Counted from the first letter of the stretch, positions 16,482-26,695 are shown. The stretch is DNA of 45,425 bases from Verrucomicrobiota bacterium (GCA_039815855.1 JBCBYL010000003.1:1-45425), one strand, 5' to 3'. Notes: generated by a model from the letters alone, not told the origin. Made by a program: numbers and translations.

Positions 16482-17396
16482 ATGATTATTGATCGCACAC
16501 ATCGCCAATGGGCTATCATCACTACCCTCCTATCTCTGATCGCCGTGGTCGCCTATCTCATCGTTTATCGGGAAGGTCGCACCAGCTACCTCCATGAGAG
16601 TGTCGGTGGCACTCCCCTAGCCTTGTCTTATGGAATCATTTCTCTGTTGATCTTCGTCTTTGCTGCCCTTCTGGGATGGCGCCGCAACCATCCGGCCCTC
16701 CGAGTTGGACGCTTGCAGTTCTGGCTCAAGGGCCACGTCTGGTTCACCCTCCTGACCATCCCGCTCGTCATCATGCATTCCGGGAATGAATGGGGAGCAC
16801 CGCTCACCCAGGTGCTGATGTGGATTTATTGGATTGTGATGATCAGTGGCTTAGTCGGCATCGGACTGCAGCATGTTCTCCCGCGGATGATGTTCCAGCG
16901 CCTCAAAGAGGAAGTCATCTTCGAACAAATTCCATTCCTCAAAGAACAACTACTGAAACGGTCTGAAGAAATTCACAAGATCCTCTCCACTCCGATACCG
17001 GATCCTGACTTTGAAAAACCAGTCCTGGCCACAGGTGAAGGCGAAGAAGAGCCGGAAGAAGTCGTCCCACCGATGTTGCCTGTCCCTCAAAGTGCGGTCA
17101 CGATGGTTGAGAAGGAATTACAACCCTACTTTCAATCCGAAGATGGCAGAAAGCAGCACCTGGGAGACAGTCAGGCGGCCTATGATTTCTTCCAAGCCAT
17201 GCGACTTCAATCGGCCGACCTCTGGCATCCTCAAATCGAGGAGCTCGAAGCGATGGTCCGCCAACGCCAGCAACTGGACCAGCAGGCACGCCTGCAACAT
17301 TGGCTTCACTACTGGCTTCTACTCCACGGTCCACTCTCCATTCTCCTCCTCGGCTTAACGGTGTGGCATGCCATCTTTTCACTGATCAGCTATTAG
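16482..17396 (+). CDS. Multi-pass inner-membrane protein with intramembrane His (putative b-heme, ferric-reductase-like)
   Basis: About five TM segments; WLKGHVW, MHSG, SGLVG, WLLLHGP, WH. Confidence 0.75.
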   Translation: MIIDRTHRQWAIITTLLSLIAVVAYLIVYREGRTSYLHESVGGTPLALSYGIISLLIFVFAALLGWRRNHPALRVGRLQFWLKGHVWFTLLTIPLVIMHSGNEWGAPLTQVLMWIYWIVMISGLVGIGLQHVLPRMMFQRLKEEVIFEQIPFLKEQLLKRSEEIHKILSTPIPDPDFEKPVLATGEGEEEPEEVVPPMLPVPQSAVTMVEKELQPYFQSEDGRKQHLGDSQAAYDFFQAMRLQSADLWHPQIEELEAMVRQRQQLDQQARLQHWLHYWLLLHGPLSILLLGLTVWHAIFSLISY

Positions 17397-17405
17397 AACA
17401 AAGCG

Positions 17406-18869
17406 ATGTCGAACGATCAGAAGGGAAAGCTAAACCAGAAGCAAATCGCGAAGCGATATAGCGGGAATCTGGACTATTTTAGTAAGCCACACTACTTCCG
17501 CTCACTGCGGGCGCGCATCCTAATCGGAGGGATCATCACTTCGGTGACGATCGTCGCTTTTTTCTTTCTCTGGGATGCCATCGCCTCCGAGGGTTCTGGA
17601 CCAGATCAACTCCTTAAGACCCTGCAAAACCCCGGCCCGATTTCTCAAGCCCATGCTGATTTCGCGATGGACTGCGCTCAGTGCCATGGAGAAGCGAATT
17701 TATTTGTTCAAGGAAACCTCATCCAATCACCAGTGGATGCCTCCTGCATCGACTGCCACCCCGGCTTTGAACTCCATCAGCCCAATATGCCGCGTGAGCA
17801 TTCGTGCACCGCATGTCACCATGAACATTTAACGGATGGGCCAATGAAACCTGTCAACGATGCGAACTGCGCTTCTTGCCACGGTTCCGATGACCTGATG
17901 GCACAGGCCCGCGAGCTGGATGAAAAAGGGGAAAGTGGGAAAATCCCGGAACACGCTTTCGACTACACCGCCGAAGACGGCCATGTGTATTTCAAGCCGG
18001 CACGGCCAGAAGAAGGCTATACGGCTGTCTTTACTCAATTTGATCAGGGGCACCCTGCCTTCCAGATCCATCGCGAGAATCTTTCCGACCCCAACACCCT
18101 CGATTTCAACCACGCCATCCATATGACAGGCGAGAGCATTCCTGATCTAAATGGACGCCCGCTGAACTGTGCGGACTGTCATGAGCCGGACGCATCGGGA
18201 ATGTACATGCGCCCGATCTCGTATGAAGCACACTGTCAGGATTGCCACGCCCTCCAGTTTGACATGAATAATCCGGACATGGAATTACCTCATGGAAATG
18301 CGGAGGACGTTCTCATTTACCTGGCTGGATTACCACTACACTATGAGAGCAAGGCCATGAAGTTGGGGATCACCGACAAGAAAGAGACCATGGCCTTCGC
18401 CGCAACTCAGCTCATGAATTTGAAAAAAGACCTCCGCTCGACCATGCCTCTGGAAGAAAAAATCTTCTTTGAAGCCGGGGGCGAAGCAGAAGCGATCAGC
18501 CTTGGCAATACCATTGGCAAACCGACCGCGGACTACCCCGGCTGCATCTACTGTCACGAGGTAAACCGCGACGACATGGGACGTCCACAGGTCACCGCTC
18601 CGGTAACCCCGGATCGTTGGATGGGACAGAGCCTCTTTAATCATGCCAAGCATACCCACATGGAATGCGCTGACTGTCACCAGGTCGAAGACAGTGAACT
18701 CACCTCGGATATCCTGATGCCACCTATTGAGAACTGCCTCGATTGTCACAGCCAAAAAGGAAAGATCGTTCACTCCTGTCAAACCTGCCACGGCTACCAT
18801 GCCCCGTCATCATCACAAGGTGCGCTCTGGTGGATTGAGCAAAACTCAGAAACTGTAGCTTCAGAATAA
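17406..18869 (+). CDS. Membrane-anchored decaheme cytochrome c (c3/c7-like modules)
   Basis: N-terminal TM, PGPISQAH, ten CxxCH motifs, two FNH..H distal-ligand motifs. Confidence 0.92.
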   Translation: MSNDQKGKLNQKQIAKRYSGNLDYFSKPHYFRSLRARILIGGIITSVTIVAFFFLWDAIASEGSGPDQLLKTLQNPGPISQAHADFAMDCAQCHGEANLFVQGNLIQSPVDASCIDCHPGFELHQPNMPREHSCTACHHEHLTDGPMKPVNDANCASCHGSDDLMAQARELDEKGESGKIPEHAFDYTAEDGHVYFKPARPEEGYTAVFTQFDQGHPAFQIHRENLSDPNTLDFNHAIHMTGESIPDLNGRPLNCADCHEPDASGMYMRPISYEAHCQDCHALQFDMNNPDMELPHGNAEDVLIYLAGLPLHYESKAMKLGITDKKETMAFAATQLMNLKKDLRSTMPLEEKIFFEAGGEAEAISLGNTIGKPTADYPGCIYCHEVNRDDMGRPQVTAPVTPDRWMGQSLFNHAKHTHMECADCHQVEDSELTSDILMPPIENCLDCHSQKGKIVHSCQTCHGYHAPSSSQGALWWIEQNSETVASE

Positions 18870-18874
18870 GTCCA

Positions 18875-21253
18875 ATGGTCAGGCAATTACAGCAGCAAGT
18901 TTTATTTTGGAGTGTGCTTTCACTTCTAAGCTTGATGGTCTCCTGTTCACCATCGGACGATCAGAAAATAACCGTCAAGAAGCCGGTCCAAGCAGCCTCT
19001 CAAGAAGAGTCAGACTCTACGCAATCTGAGCAAACAACCGCTCCGCTCCTGGAAAACTCAGAAGAGTTCAAAAACATCTCCCCCTCTCAAGTTGAAGGCT
19101 GGATGAAGCGAGAATTGAAAGCATCACCTGAACCGGGACAAGACCAAAAAATCAAAGTGAAAACCGTGACTCCTCTAGAGGAGAATTCAAATCGATCTAC
19201 TCCCTCCCCGGCACAAATTATCGTCTCAGAAAATCCATTCATGGACGCCACCAAAGAAGTCTTCAACCCGGATCCCGGAGCCTATGCCAGCATGTCAGTA
19301 CCTCAGACCGTTCTCAGCCAACCCCTCCCGGAAGCGAGCGACTACGAACTGGGAGAGATGCCTGAATCCATAGATCAGAGAGGCCAGTCTGCCCGATCCA
19401 TTCCCGCGAAAATGCCTAAGTTTAAACCGGGCTCGATGCCAAAACCAGGTGATGTCTATGATGGTCTCCCTGCTCACACCGAACTAGCCGGCAGCCGCTG
19501 GGTTCCTTACAGTCAACATCCCCGTTACCCGGACCCGGAAACCGCGGAGACACCGCTCCAGGATGAAATCCCCTACCTCTGGCACCCCTACAAACAAAGT
19601 ATCTTGAAAGGGGATGTCCCCATTCTCGGAGAAAATGTCTTTTTAAAAATCACCGCCCAGTCACGGACGGATTTCGAAGCGAATGACACCCCAACTGGGA
19701 GTGGCATCAGCGGAGCCGATCCAAATAATGCCGAATTTTTTGGTGAAGGGGATACTCTCATCGTTCAGCAAAATACCTTACTGACGATCGACCTGTTCCA
19801 GGGCGAAACGGAAGTCTTCAAACCATTCGAATGGAGGCTCCGCCTCCAACCCGTCATTAACGTAAACTACTTCCAAACCACAGAAACCGGCGTACTGCAG
19901 CCAGATGTCCGGGGAGAGACTGCTACTGCAGATACGGTCGAGCAGTCGTTTACTGTTTTTGATGAAAGTGTTTTGAACCCTGCTAGCATTGAAGCAGACA
20001 AAAGCTCACTTCTCGACAGCGCCCCGGGTGATTATAATGAAGAGGTAGTCACGCGACGCCGTGAATTCGTCGCCCTTCAGGAAGGGTTCTTCGAATTTCA
20101 TGTCACTGACATCAGTAGCACTTACGATTTCATTAGTACACGTTCCGGCTATCAGGTCTTTAACAGCGACTTCCGTGGTCTGGTCTTCTTTGACACCAAT
20201 CTGGGTTACCGGATTTTCGGCAATGCGGAAAACAACCTTTGGAATTACAACCTCGCCTTCTTTGATATCCGGGAAAAAGACACCAACTCGGAATTGAATA
20301 CCTTTAAAGACCGGGGACAAGATGTTTTTATCGCCAACCTCTACCGCCAGGATTTTATCTGGCCCGGCTATACCATTAATCTCAGTGGACTCGTCAATAT
20401 CGACAGCGGAAACCAATACGATAATGAAAACGATTTCCCCATCCGCCCGGCCATCATTGGCCAGATCGATCAACAGGTTCGTAAAGACGTCAATTCCTAC
20501 TACCTCGGATTTAGTGGAGAAGGAAAATTTGGCCGGGTTAATATCTCCCACTCGTTTTATCAGGTCTTTGGTAAAGAGACCTTTAATTCACAAGCCAACC
20601 AGGAAACGGAAATTAACGCGCAGCAGGCCCACGTGGAAGTTTCCTATGACCGGGATTGGATTCGTTACAAAGGGACGTTTTTCTACGCTTCTGGAGACAG
20701 TGATCCGGAGGATGGTGTTGCCGAAGGCTTTGACAGCATCATTGACAACCCTTTCCTGATTGGCGGTCCTTTCAGTTACTGGGTGCGCCAAGGCCTCGGA
20801 CTCCCTGGCACTGGAGTCGCGCTGAAACAACGTAACAGTCTGATCCCTAACTTTCGAGCACCGAATAAGTTTGAAGGTCAGTCCAATTTTGTGAACCCGG
20901 GTGTGATGATTTTTGGAGTCGGTACCGATATCGAACTCACCTCGGAAACACGTCTATTCTTTAACGCCAACTACATTCGTTTCGTTGAGACCAACCCCCT
21001 CAAACAAGTTCTGTTTGATAATAAAATTGATCACGAAGTCGGCTACGACTTGAGTGCTGGCATCATTGCCCGCCCGTTGCTCAACGACACCTTCGTGATT
21101 AATGCAGGCATTGGACTCCTCATTCCAGGACAGGGATTTGAAGATATTTATGGATTCAATGAAGCCCCGGTGGAAACGTTTGATTCCGGGGATGGAAAAG
21201 ATTTTGAAGAAGTGCTCTACAGCGCCTTCATTCAATGCATTTTGACTTGGTAA
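18875..21253 (+). CDS. Putative outer-membrane beta-barrel protein with lipobox-like N-terminus and long low-complexity linker
   Basis: LSLMVSC, then a Pro/Ser/Glu-rich stretch, then an aromatic/Asn/Asp-rich alternating-strand region (YASGD.DP.DG...GFD), ending in terminal Trp. Confidence 0.7.
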   Translation: MVRQLQQQVLFWSVLSLLSLMVSCSPSDDQKITVKKPVQAASQEESDSTQSEQTTAPLLENSEEFKNISPSQVEGWMKRELKASPEPGQDQKIKVKTVTPLEENSNRSTPSPAQIIVSENPFMDATKEVFNPDPGAYASMSVPQTVLSQPLPEASDYELGEMPESIDQRGQSARSIPAKMPKFKPGSMPKPGDVYDGLPAHTELAGSRWVPYSQHPRYPDPETAETPLQDEIPYLWHPYKQSILKGDVPILGENVFLKITAQSRTDFEANDTPTGSGISGADPNNAEFFGEGDTLIVQQNTLLTIDLFQGETEVFKPFEWRLRLQPVINVNYFQTTETGVLQPDVRGETATADTVEQSFTVFDESVLNPASIEADKSSLLDSAPGDYNEEVVTRRREFVALQEGFFEFHVTDISSTYDFISTRSGYQVFNSDFRGLVFFDTNLGYRIFGNAENNLWNYNLAFFDIREKDTNSELNTFKDRGQDVFIANLYRQDFIWPGYTINLSGLVNIDSGNQYDNENDFPIRPAIIGQIDQQVRKDVNSYYLGFSGEGKFGRVNISHSFYQVFGKETFNSQANQETEINAQQAHVEVSYDRDWIRYKGTFFYASGDSDPEDGVAEGFDSIIDNPFLIGGPFSYWVRQGLGLPGTGVALKQRNSLIPNFRAPNKFEGQSNFVNPGVMIFGVGTDIELTSETRLFFNANYIRFVETNPLKQVLFDNKIDHEVGYDLSAGIIARPLLNDTFVINAGIGLLIPGQGFEDIYGFNEAPVETFDSGDGKDFEEVLYSAFIQCILTW

Positions 21254-21257
21254 TATT

Positions 21258-24200
21258 TTGAAATCTGAACTAAGAGCATTCATTGGTATCGGAGCCCTCG
21301 GCCTCAGCGGAGTCGCCCTCTCCATGCTCCACGCTCAAAATGCGCCGTCCGCCTCCGGGCCCGAGACGGCGGCTCAGCTCGAACGCACCCCTGAAGTCAG
21401 CCTTCCTGAAGAAAACTGGATCGATCAGTCACAAGAAGAAGCCAACTTGAAAAGCAGGGGCTGCATGGAATGTCATGAGGGAATCGAGAAAATGCATTCC
21501 TCTCCTCAAGTCGTTCTCGGTTGCGTCGATTGTCACGGTGGTGACCCGAGCCCGGGACTGACCTTGGAAGAGTCTCATATTTTACCAAAGAATCCGGAAT
21601 ACTGGCCCACCTCAGCGAACCCAATTGATTCCGGTGTCCTTCTGAATCAGGAATCTCCTGAGTTCATCCGCTTCGTGAACCCGGGTGATCTGCGGGTAGC
21701 CAAACAAGCCTGCGGACAGTGCCACCAGGAAATTATTGATCAAGTTGGCCATAGCATGATGAATCACGGAGCCATGCTTTGGGGAGCCGCCCTGTATAAC
21801 AATGGTTCCTATCCTTATAAAAACTATATCTTTGGCCAGTCCTACGGACCCAATGGAGAAGCACTCCGCCTCAACAGCCCAATTGAAGTCACTCCGGAAA
21901 TGACGAAAGAACAGGGAATCCTTCCTTTTCTGGATCCGCTTCCCCGCTTTCAGTTTAGCCAGCCCGGAAATGTTCTCCGTATCTTTGAAAAGGGTGGCGA
22001 GATCGTTCCGGAATTCGGAAACCCCTTTCCTATCGAGCCACCGGGGCGTCCGATCCGCCGACTGTCAGAACGTGGCCTGGGCACTGGAAATCGAATTGAT
22101 CCCGTCTTTTTGGGTCTTCAGAAAACCCGCCTCCATGATCCGCTTCTGGGCTTTATGGGCTCGAATGATCATCCTGGGGACTATCGCTCCAGCGGCTGTA
22201 CCGCCTGCCACACCATTTACGCCAACGACCGCTCCCCGGCCAACTCCGCCTGGTATGCGAAGTATGGCCACCAAGGCCTTTCCTACAGTGGTGACCCGAC
22301 CATTCCCAAGGATGAAAGAGGTCACCCCATCAAACACCAATTCACCCGTTCCATCCCATCGAGCCAGTGTATGAACTGTCATATGCACCAGGGAAATCTC
22401 TTCGTGAATAGTTACCTCGGCTATACCTGGTGGGATCAGGAAAGTGACGGAGAGCACATGTATCCTAAAGAGCAGAAACGTGTCACTCCTAATGATATTG
22501 CCCGCTCGGTAATCAAAAACCCGTCCGAGGCAGCCGCTCGCGGAAATTGGACCGATCTTGAGTTCCTGGAAAAAGTATCTGAACTTAATCCTGAACTCGA
22601 GCACACCCAGTTTGCTGATTACCATGGCCACGGCTGGGTTTTTCGCGCTGTTTTCAAGAAAGATCGCGAAGGAAATCTCCTCGATCTCAAAGATCAGGTC
22701 ATTCCGCATGATCATCCGAACAAGTTTGCTGAAGCCGTCCACCTCAAGGATATCCACGTTGAAAAGGGTATGCAGTGTGCCGACTGCCACTTCCTCGGAG
22801 ACGTTCATGGAAATGGTCTTCTCTACGGAGAACCCCGAAACGCAACCACGATTGAATGCCAGGATTGCCACGGCACCGCCACCAAGCGCCCGACTCTCAT
22901 CACTTCCGGTAAGGGTGGACAGAATGATCTCAATGAAAGCTCCACTCCTTGGGGGCCACGTTTCTACTGGCAGGGTGATCGACTCTTTCAGCGCTCCATC
23001 ATGTCTCCGGACGTGACTTGGGAAGTCACCCAGACCATCGATACCCTGGACCCCAGCTCACCGCATTACAACGCCAAGTCTCATTACGCTAAAACCATCC
23101 AACGCGATGGCGAAACCTGGGGAGATGTGCCTGATGACGAACTCAATCGCCGTCTAGCCCTGGCCCATAACCAGGAAGATATCAACTGTCAGGTCTGCCA
23201 CACTTCCTGGGCCACCAGCTGTTTCGGATGCCACCTTCCGCTCAAAGCCAATAACTACAAACCGACCAATAAATATGAAGGAACTGTTTCCCGCTTTTAC
23301 ACTTCCTACAACCCGCAGGTCATTCGCGATGATGTCTTCATGCTCGGGCTCGATGGCACGGTGAAGGACAATCAGCTGGCAGTGATCCGCTCCTCCAGTG
23401 CGGTGGTAGTCAGTTCCCAGAATGCAGCGCGGGAATGGTCTTACGCGCAGCAGCAGACCATCTCATCAGAAGGCTACAGCGGCCAAGCCTTTAACCCTCA
23501 CTTTGCCCATACGACGAGCGGAGTCGGCACCACTAAAAATTGCACCGACTGCCACCTTTCTAAAGAAAACGATAATAATGCCATCATGACCCAGCTACTG
23601 GGCTACGGCACCGGGACGGTCAACTTCTTTAGCCGTTATGCTTACGTCGCCGCCTATGATAAAGGAGTCTACGCCATCCCGTGGACGGAACGGGAGGAGC
23701 CCCAGGCCGCCATCGGTAGCTTCCTCTACAGTATCGTTTACCCCGGTGATCATCAGGAGCATCTGGACCGCGGAGGGCGCCTGACTGAAGCTCATCACCA
23801 TCACGGTCATGACACCTTGAAACAGATTTCGAATCTCATCAGTGGGAAACATGCTAAGATCCAGGACATACAAAGACGTGGCGAGTTCCTTTACACCGCC
23901 GCAGGCACGGGCGGATTCGAGGTTCTGGATATTGCCAACATCGATCAGAAGGGATTTGCTGAACGCATTGTGACCGCTCCGTTCTCTCCGCTGGGCTGGC
24001 GAACGTACGTTCGGACGAAATATGCCACCTCGGTGGTGCTTCCCAGCACCCTGGCCAATGATCCGGCTCGAAACCGAAATCCAGTCAATGAAGAGCAACC
24101 GATTCACATGCTCTACGCTTATGTTTACGTCACCGATAAGGAGGAAGGCATCATTGCTGTCAATGTCGCTACCCTTCTCGACGGAAACCCAAGAAATAAT

Positions 24201-25076
24201 TTCCTCGAACGAGCCGTTACCTTTAACCCGGAAGGGAAGCTTAAAGGCGCGATGGCAGGCTACATTGCAGGGCATCACCTCTATGTTGTTGCGGATAAAG
24301 GCCTCTTCGTCATTGATGTCGACGATCCTCTCAATCCGAAGATCGTAGGAGAATATACCGGTGACTTCTTAAATCACCCCCAGGATATCGAAGTTCAATT
24401 TCGTTACGCCTTCCTGACTGATAAGGACGGAATGAAGGTCATGGATCTCAGCGATCCTCTCAACCCCGCACCGATTGAAGGAGCCGTCGTTCCACTCAAG
24501 AAAACCAGACGCCTCTACCTGGCCCGCACCTATGCCTATGTCGCTGCCGGACCTCAAGGTCTGGCCATCATCGATATCACCAACCCGGAAAAACCAGTCG
24601 TTGACCAACTGTTCACCGACGACGGAAAGATCAATGATTTGAAAGATGTAAAAGTAGGCTCCGTCAATGCCTCCATGTTCGCCCTGCTGGCGGATGGAAA
24701 AAATGGTTTCAAGGTCGCCCAGCTGATTTCCCCGGACACGGTTCCCGGTCATATGGGTTTCAGCCCACGCCCGAAACCGAAAGTCATTTCCTGGTTCAAA
24801 ACTTCTGGCCCGGCCTATGCCATCAGCCGCGGTCTCGATCGTGATCGAGTCGCTGACGAAACCGGTAACCAGACCGTGGTCTTCGGGCGTCGTGGGTCAC
24901 GTCCGTTCCACCTCGATGAAATGCAGGCCTTCTACCGCAAGGGTATGGGCGCCTATGCCCGCCAGGAAGGAACCGCAGAACCCGGTGACTTTTATTTTGT
25001 CGAAGACCTTTCCAATGATACGGAAAATCGACGTGACCTTAAAACCAAGAGTGGCAAAATCATCGAACTTCCCTGA
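21258..25076 (+). CDS. Large secreted decaheme cytochrome c with C-terminal LVIVD-repeat propeller
   Basis: Signal peptide, ten CxxCH in the first ~770 aa, then repeats YAYVA....GL.IID..P..P. Confidence 0.9.
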   Translation: MKSELRAFIGIGALGLSGVALSMLHAQNAPSASGPETAAQLERTPEVSLPEENWIDQSQEEANLKSRGCMECHEGIEKMHSSPQVVLGCVDCHGGDPSPGLTLEESHILPKNPEYWPTSANPIDSGVLLNQESPEFIRFVNPGDLRVAKQACGQCHQEIIDQVGHSMMNHGAMLWGAALYNNGSYPYKNYIFGQSYGPNGEALRLNSPIEVTPEMTKEQGILPFLDPLPRFQFSQPGNVLRIFEKGGEIVPEFGNPFPIEPPGRPIRRLSERGLGTGNRIDPVFLGLQKTRLHDPLLGFMGSNDHPGDYRSSGCTACHTIYANDRSPANSAWYAKYGHQGLSYSGDPTIPKDERGHPIKHQFTRSIPSSQCMNCHMHQGNLFVNSYLGYTWWDQESDGEHMYPKEQKRVTPNDIARSVIKNPSEAAARGNWTDLEFLEKVSELNPELEHTQFADYHGHGWVFRAVFKKDREGNLLDLKDQVIPHDHPNKFAEAVHLKDIHVEKGMQCADCHFLGDVHGNGLLYGEPRNATTIECQDCHGTATKRPTLITSGKGGQNDLNESSTPWGPRFYWQGDRLFQRSIMSPDVTWEVTQTIDTLDPSSPHYNAKSHYAKTIQRDGETWGDVPDDELNRRLALAHNQEDINCQVCHTSWATSCFGCHLPLKANNYKPTNKYEGTVSRFYTSYNPQVIRDDVFMLGLDGTVKDNQLAVIRSSSAVVVSSQNAAREWSYAQQQTISSEGYSGQAFNPHFAHTTSGVGTTKNCTDCHLSKENDNNAIMTQLLGYGTGTVNFFSRYAYVAAYDKGVYAIPWTEREEPQAAIGSFLYSIVYPGDHQEHLDRGGRLTEAHHHHGHDTLKQISNLISGKHAKIQDIQRRGEFLYTAAGTGGFEVLDIANIDQKGFAERIVTAPFSPLGWRTYVRTKYATSVVLPSTLANDPARNRNPVNEEQPIHMLYAYVYVTDKEEGIIAVNVATLLDGNPRNNFLERAVTFNPEGKLKGAMAGYIAGHHLYVVADKGLFVIDVDDPLNPKIVGEYTGDFLNHPQDIEVQFRYAFLTDKDGMKVMDLSDPLNPAPIEGAVVPLKKTRRLYLARTYAYVAAGPQGLAIIDITNPEKPVVDQLFTDDGKINDLKDVKVGSVNASMFALLADGKNGFKVAQLISPDTVPGHMGFSPRPKPKVISWFKTSGPAYAISRGLDRDRVADETGNQTVVFGRRGSRPFHLDEMQAFYRKGMGAYARQEGTAEPGDFYFVEDLSNDTENRRDLKTKSGKIIELP

Positions 25077-26695
25077 TGAATTTAAAACCATTGCATATGA
25101 ACTGCCTCCCAAACCCCGCGATGACTCATCCTGTCTTTATTGCTCTCTGCTTACTGCTCTCTGTTCACTGTCTACCCGTTACCGCTCAGACGCTGGACGC
25201 AGGGGAGGTCACCACTATCGTCAATCAGGCCGCCACTGCGGCAGCTGCCCTCAATCCTCCTCAAGATGCCCTTATCTCAGTAGTAGACCGTGAGGGAAAT
25301 GTTCTGGTCGTCTGGGACACTATTCCCGGCACTGTTCCTACCCCAGAAGAGGTTGGGGATGTCATCAGCCGGGCTGGAGTCGCCTGCTTTCTCAACAGTA
25401 ACCAAAATGCCCTCACCAGCCGCACTGCCGGCTTCATTGTGCAAGCTAATTTCCCCCCCGGATTCACTAATCGAATCAATGGACCTTTGATTGGAGTCAA
25501 CTTCTCCCACTTTAGTTGGTCTGATATTAATCGTTTTCGAGCCCCGCCGTTTCCTGCTGTTCCAGCTAACCCTGCAGTATCTCCGGCATTGGGAGCTGCC
25601 ATCCCGAATACTTCCCTTTCTGGCACTCCCGGTGGGGTCCCTCTTTATGAGAATGGGGTTCTGGTTGGCGGAGTTGCTGTTATCGGTGACAACAATGACG
25701 AGGTTACTCCCGGTTCGATTGCAAGCGCTGATACTGATGAATCCTTAGCTCTCGCCGGCCAGATCGGATTCGAACCACCCGTTGCCATCCGTGCTTTCCG
25801 GATTTTCTTTGATGGGATCAGTCTGCCCTACGTAAAATCATCAGTTCCCAGCCTCGGAGCCGTAGGGCCTGTTGGCGCACCCGCTGTTGGATTCGGATTC
25901 CCTATTACCGCCTCTCCATTACCGGCTGGCTATCCCAACGTTCCTATTTATCCCACCGACACTTTCTCGGGGGTAACAGGAGAGCTCCGGGCTCCAATTA
26001 TTGACGCTGCTAATCCCGGCGGACTAACCAGCCCGCTCACGGCAGGGGATGTGCGAAACATCATGACCGCTTGTGTTGCTCGAGCGAATATTACTCGCTC
26101 TCGGATCAGGATCCCGCGAGGCAGTGCAGCTGCTGTCTATGTTGCAGTGGTGGCAAAACAAACCTCCGATCCTGCGCAAGCTGGTCAAAATACTCCTGGG
26201 CAAGTGTTGGGCATTTTCCGGATGCCTGATACCGTCAGCCGGAGTTGGGACATTTCCGTCCAGAAAGCAAGGACTTGTACTTTTTTCTCGAATAGCGATT
26301 CTGCCTTTACTACCAGAGCTGTCGGATGGCTGAGTCAGGAATTTTATCCTCCCGGAATTAACAACCCGATCACCCCGTCAGGTCCGTGGTTTGCGATTCA
26401 ACCCGGAATTTCTAATATCAACTCGCTTGTTCCTGTGAATGCAAATTTTCCCAACGGCATTACCATCTTTGCGGGTGGGCACCCACTTTATAAAGACGGT
26501 CAGTGTGTCGGAGCGGTTGGCATTAGTGGGGACGGGATTGATGAAGATGACATCATCGCGGCGGCAGGAACCGTCGCTCCCCGGGCGGATGGTCAGGGGA
26601 CCTTTGCTGCTCCAGACGGTATTCGTGCTGACAAATTTACTTTTCGCGGAGCCCGCCTCCCCTACGCCAAATTTCCACGTAACCCGGTACGATAA
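25076..26695 (+). CDS. Secreted tandem GlcG/HbpS-like heme-binding protein
   Basis: ISVVDREG, PGGVPLYENG.LVGGVAV.G and second copy QKART..F, AGG.PLYKDG..VGAVGISGDG.DEDD. Confidence 0.85.
   Translation: MNLKPLHMNCLPNPAMTHPVFIALCLLLSVHCLPVTAQTLDAGEVTTIVNQAATAAAALNPPQDALISVVDREGNVLVVWDTIPGTVPTPEEVGDVISRAGVACFLNSNQNALTSRTAGFIVQANFPPGFTNRINGPLIGVNFSHFSWSDINRFRAPPFPAVPANPAVSPALGAAIPNTSLSGTPGGVPLYENGVLVGGVAVIGDNNDEVTPGSIASADTDESLALAGQIGFEPPVAIRAFRIFFDGISLPYVKSSVPSLGAVGPVGAPAVGFGFPITASPLPAGYPNVPIYPTDTFSGVTGELRAPIIDAANPGGLTSPLTAGDVRNIMTACVARANITRSRIRIPRGSAAAVYVAVVAKQTSDPAQAGQNTPGQVLGIFRMPDTVSRSWDISVQKARTCTFFSNSDSAFTTRAVGWLSQEFYPPGINNPITPSGPWFAIQPGISNINSLVPVNANFPNGITIFAGGHPLYKDGQCVGAVGISGDGIDEDDIIAAAGTVAPRADGQGTFAAPDGIRADKFTFRGARLPYAKFPRNPVR

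Noticed and set aside
18336-24752. Long antisense ORFs (18336-18800, 20006-20551, 22065-22871, 23595-24278)
   Set aside because: Shadow frames of well-supported genes, with no recognisable motifs.
17406-25076. Direct orthology to MtrA/MtrB/MtrC
   Set aside because: Heme counts match, but heme spacing, the LVIVD domain and the partner genes differ. Treated as an analogy only, with no symbols assigned.
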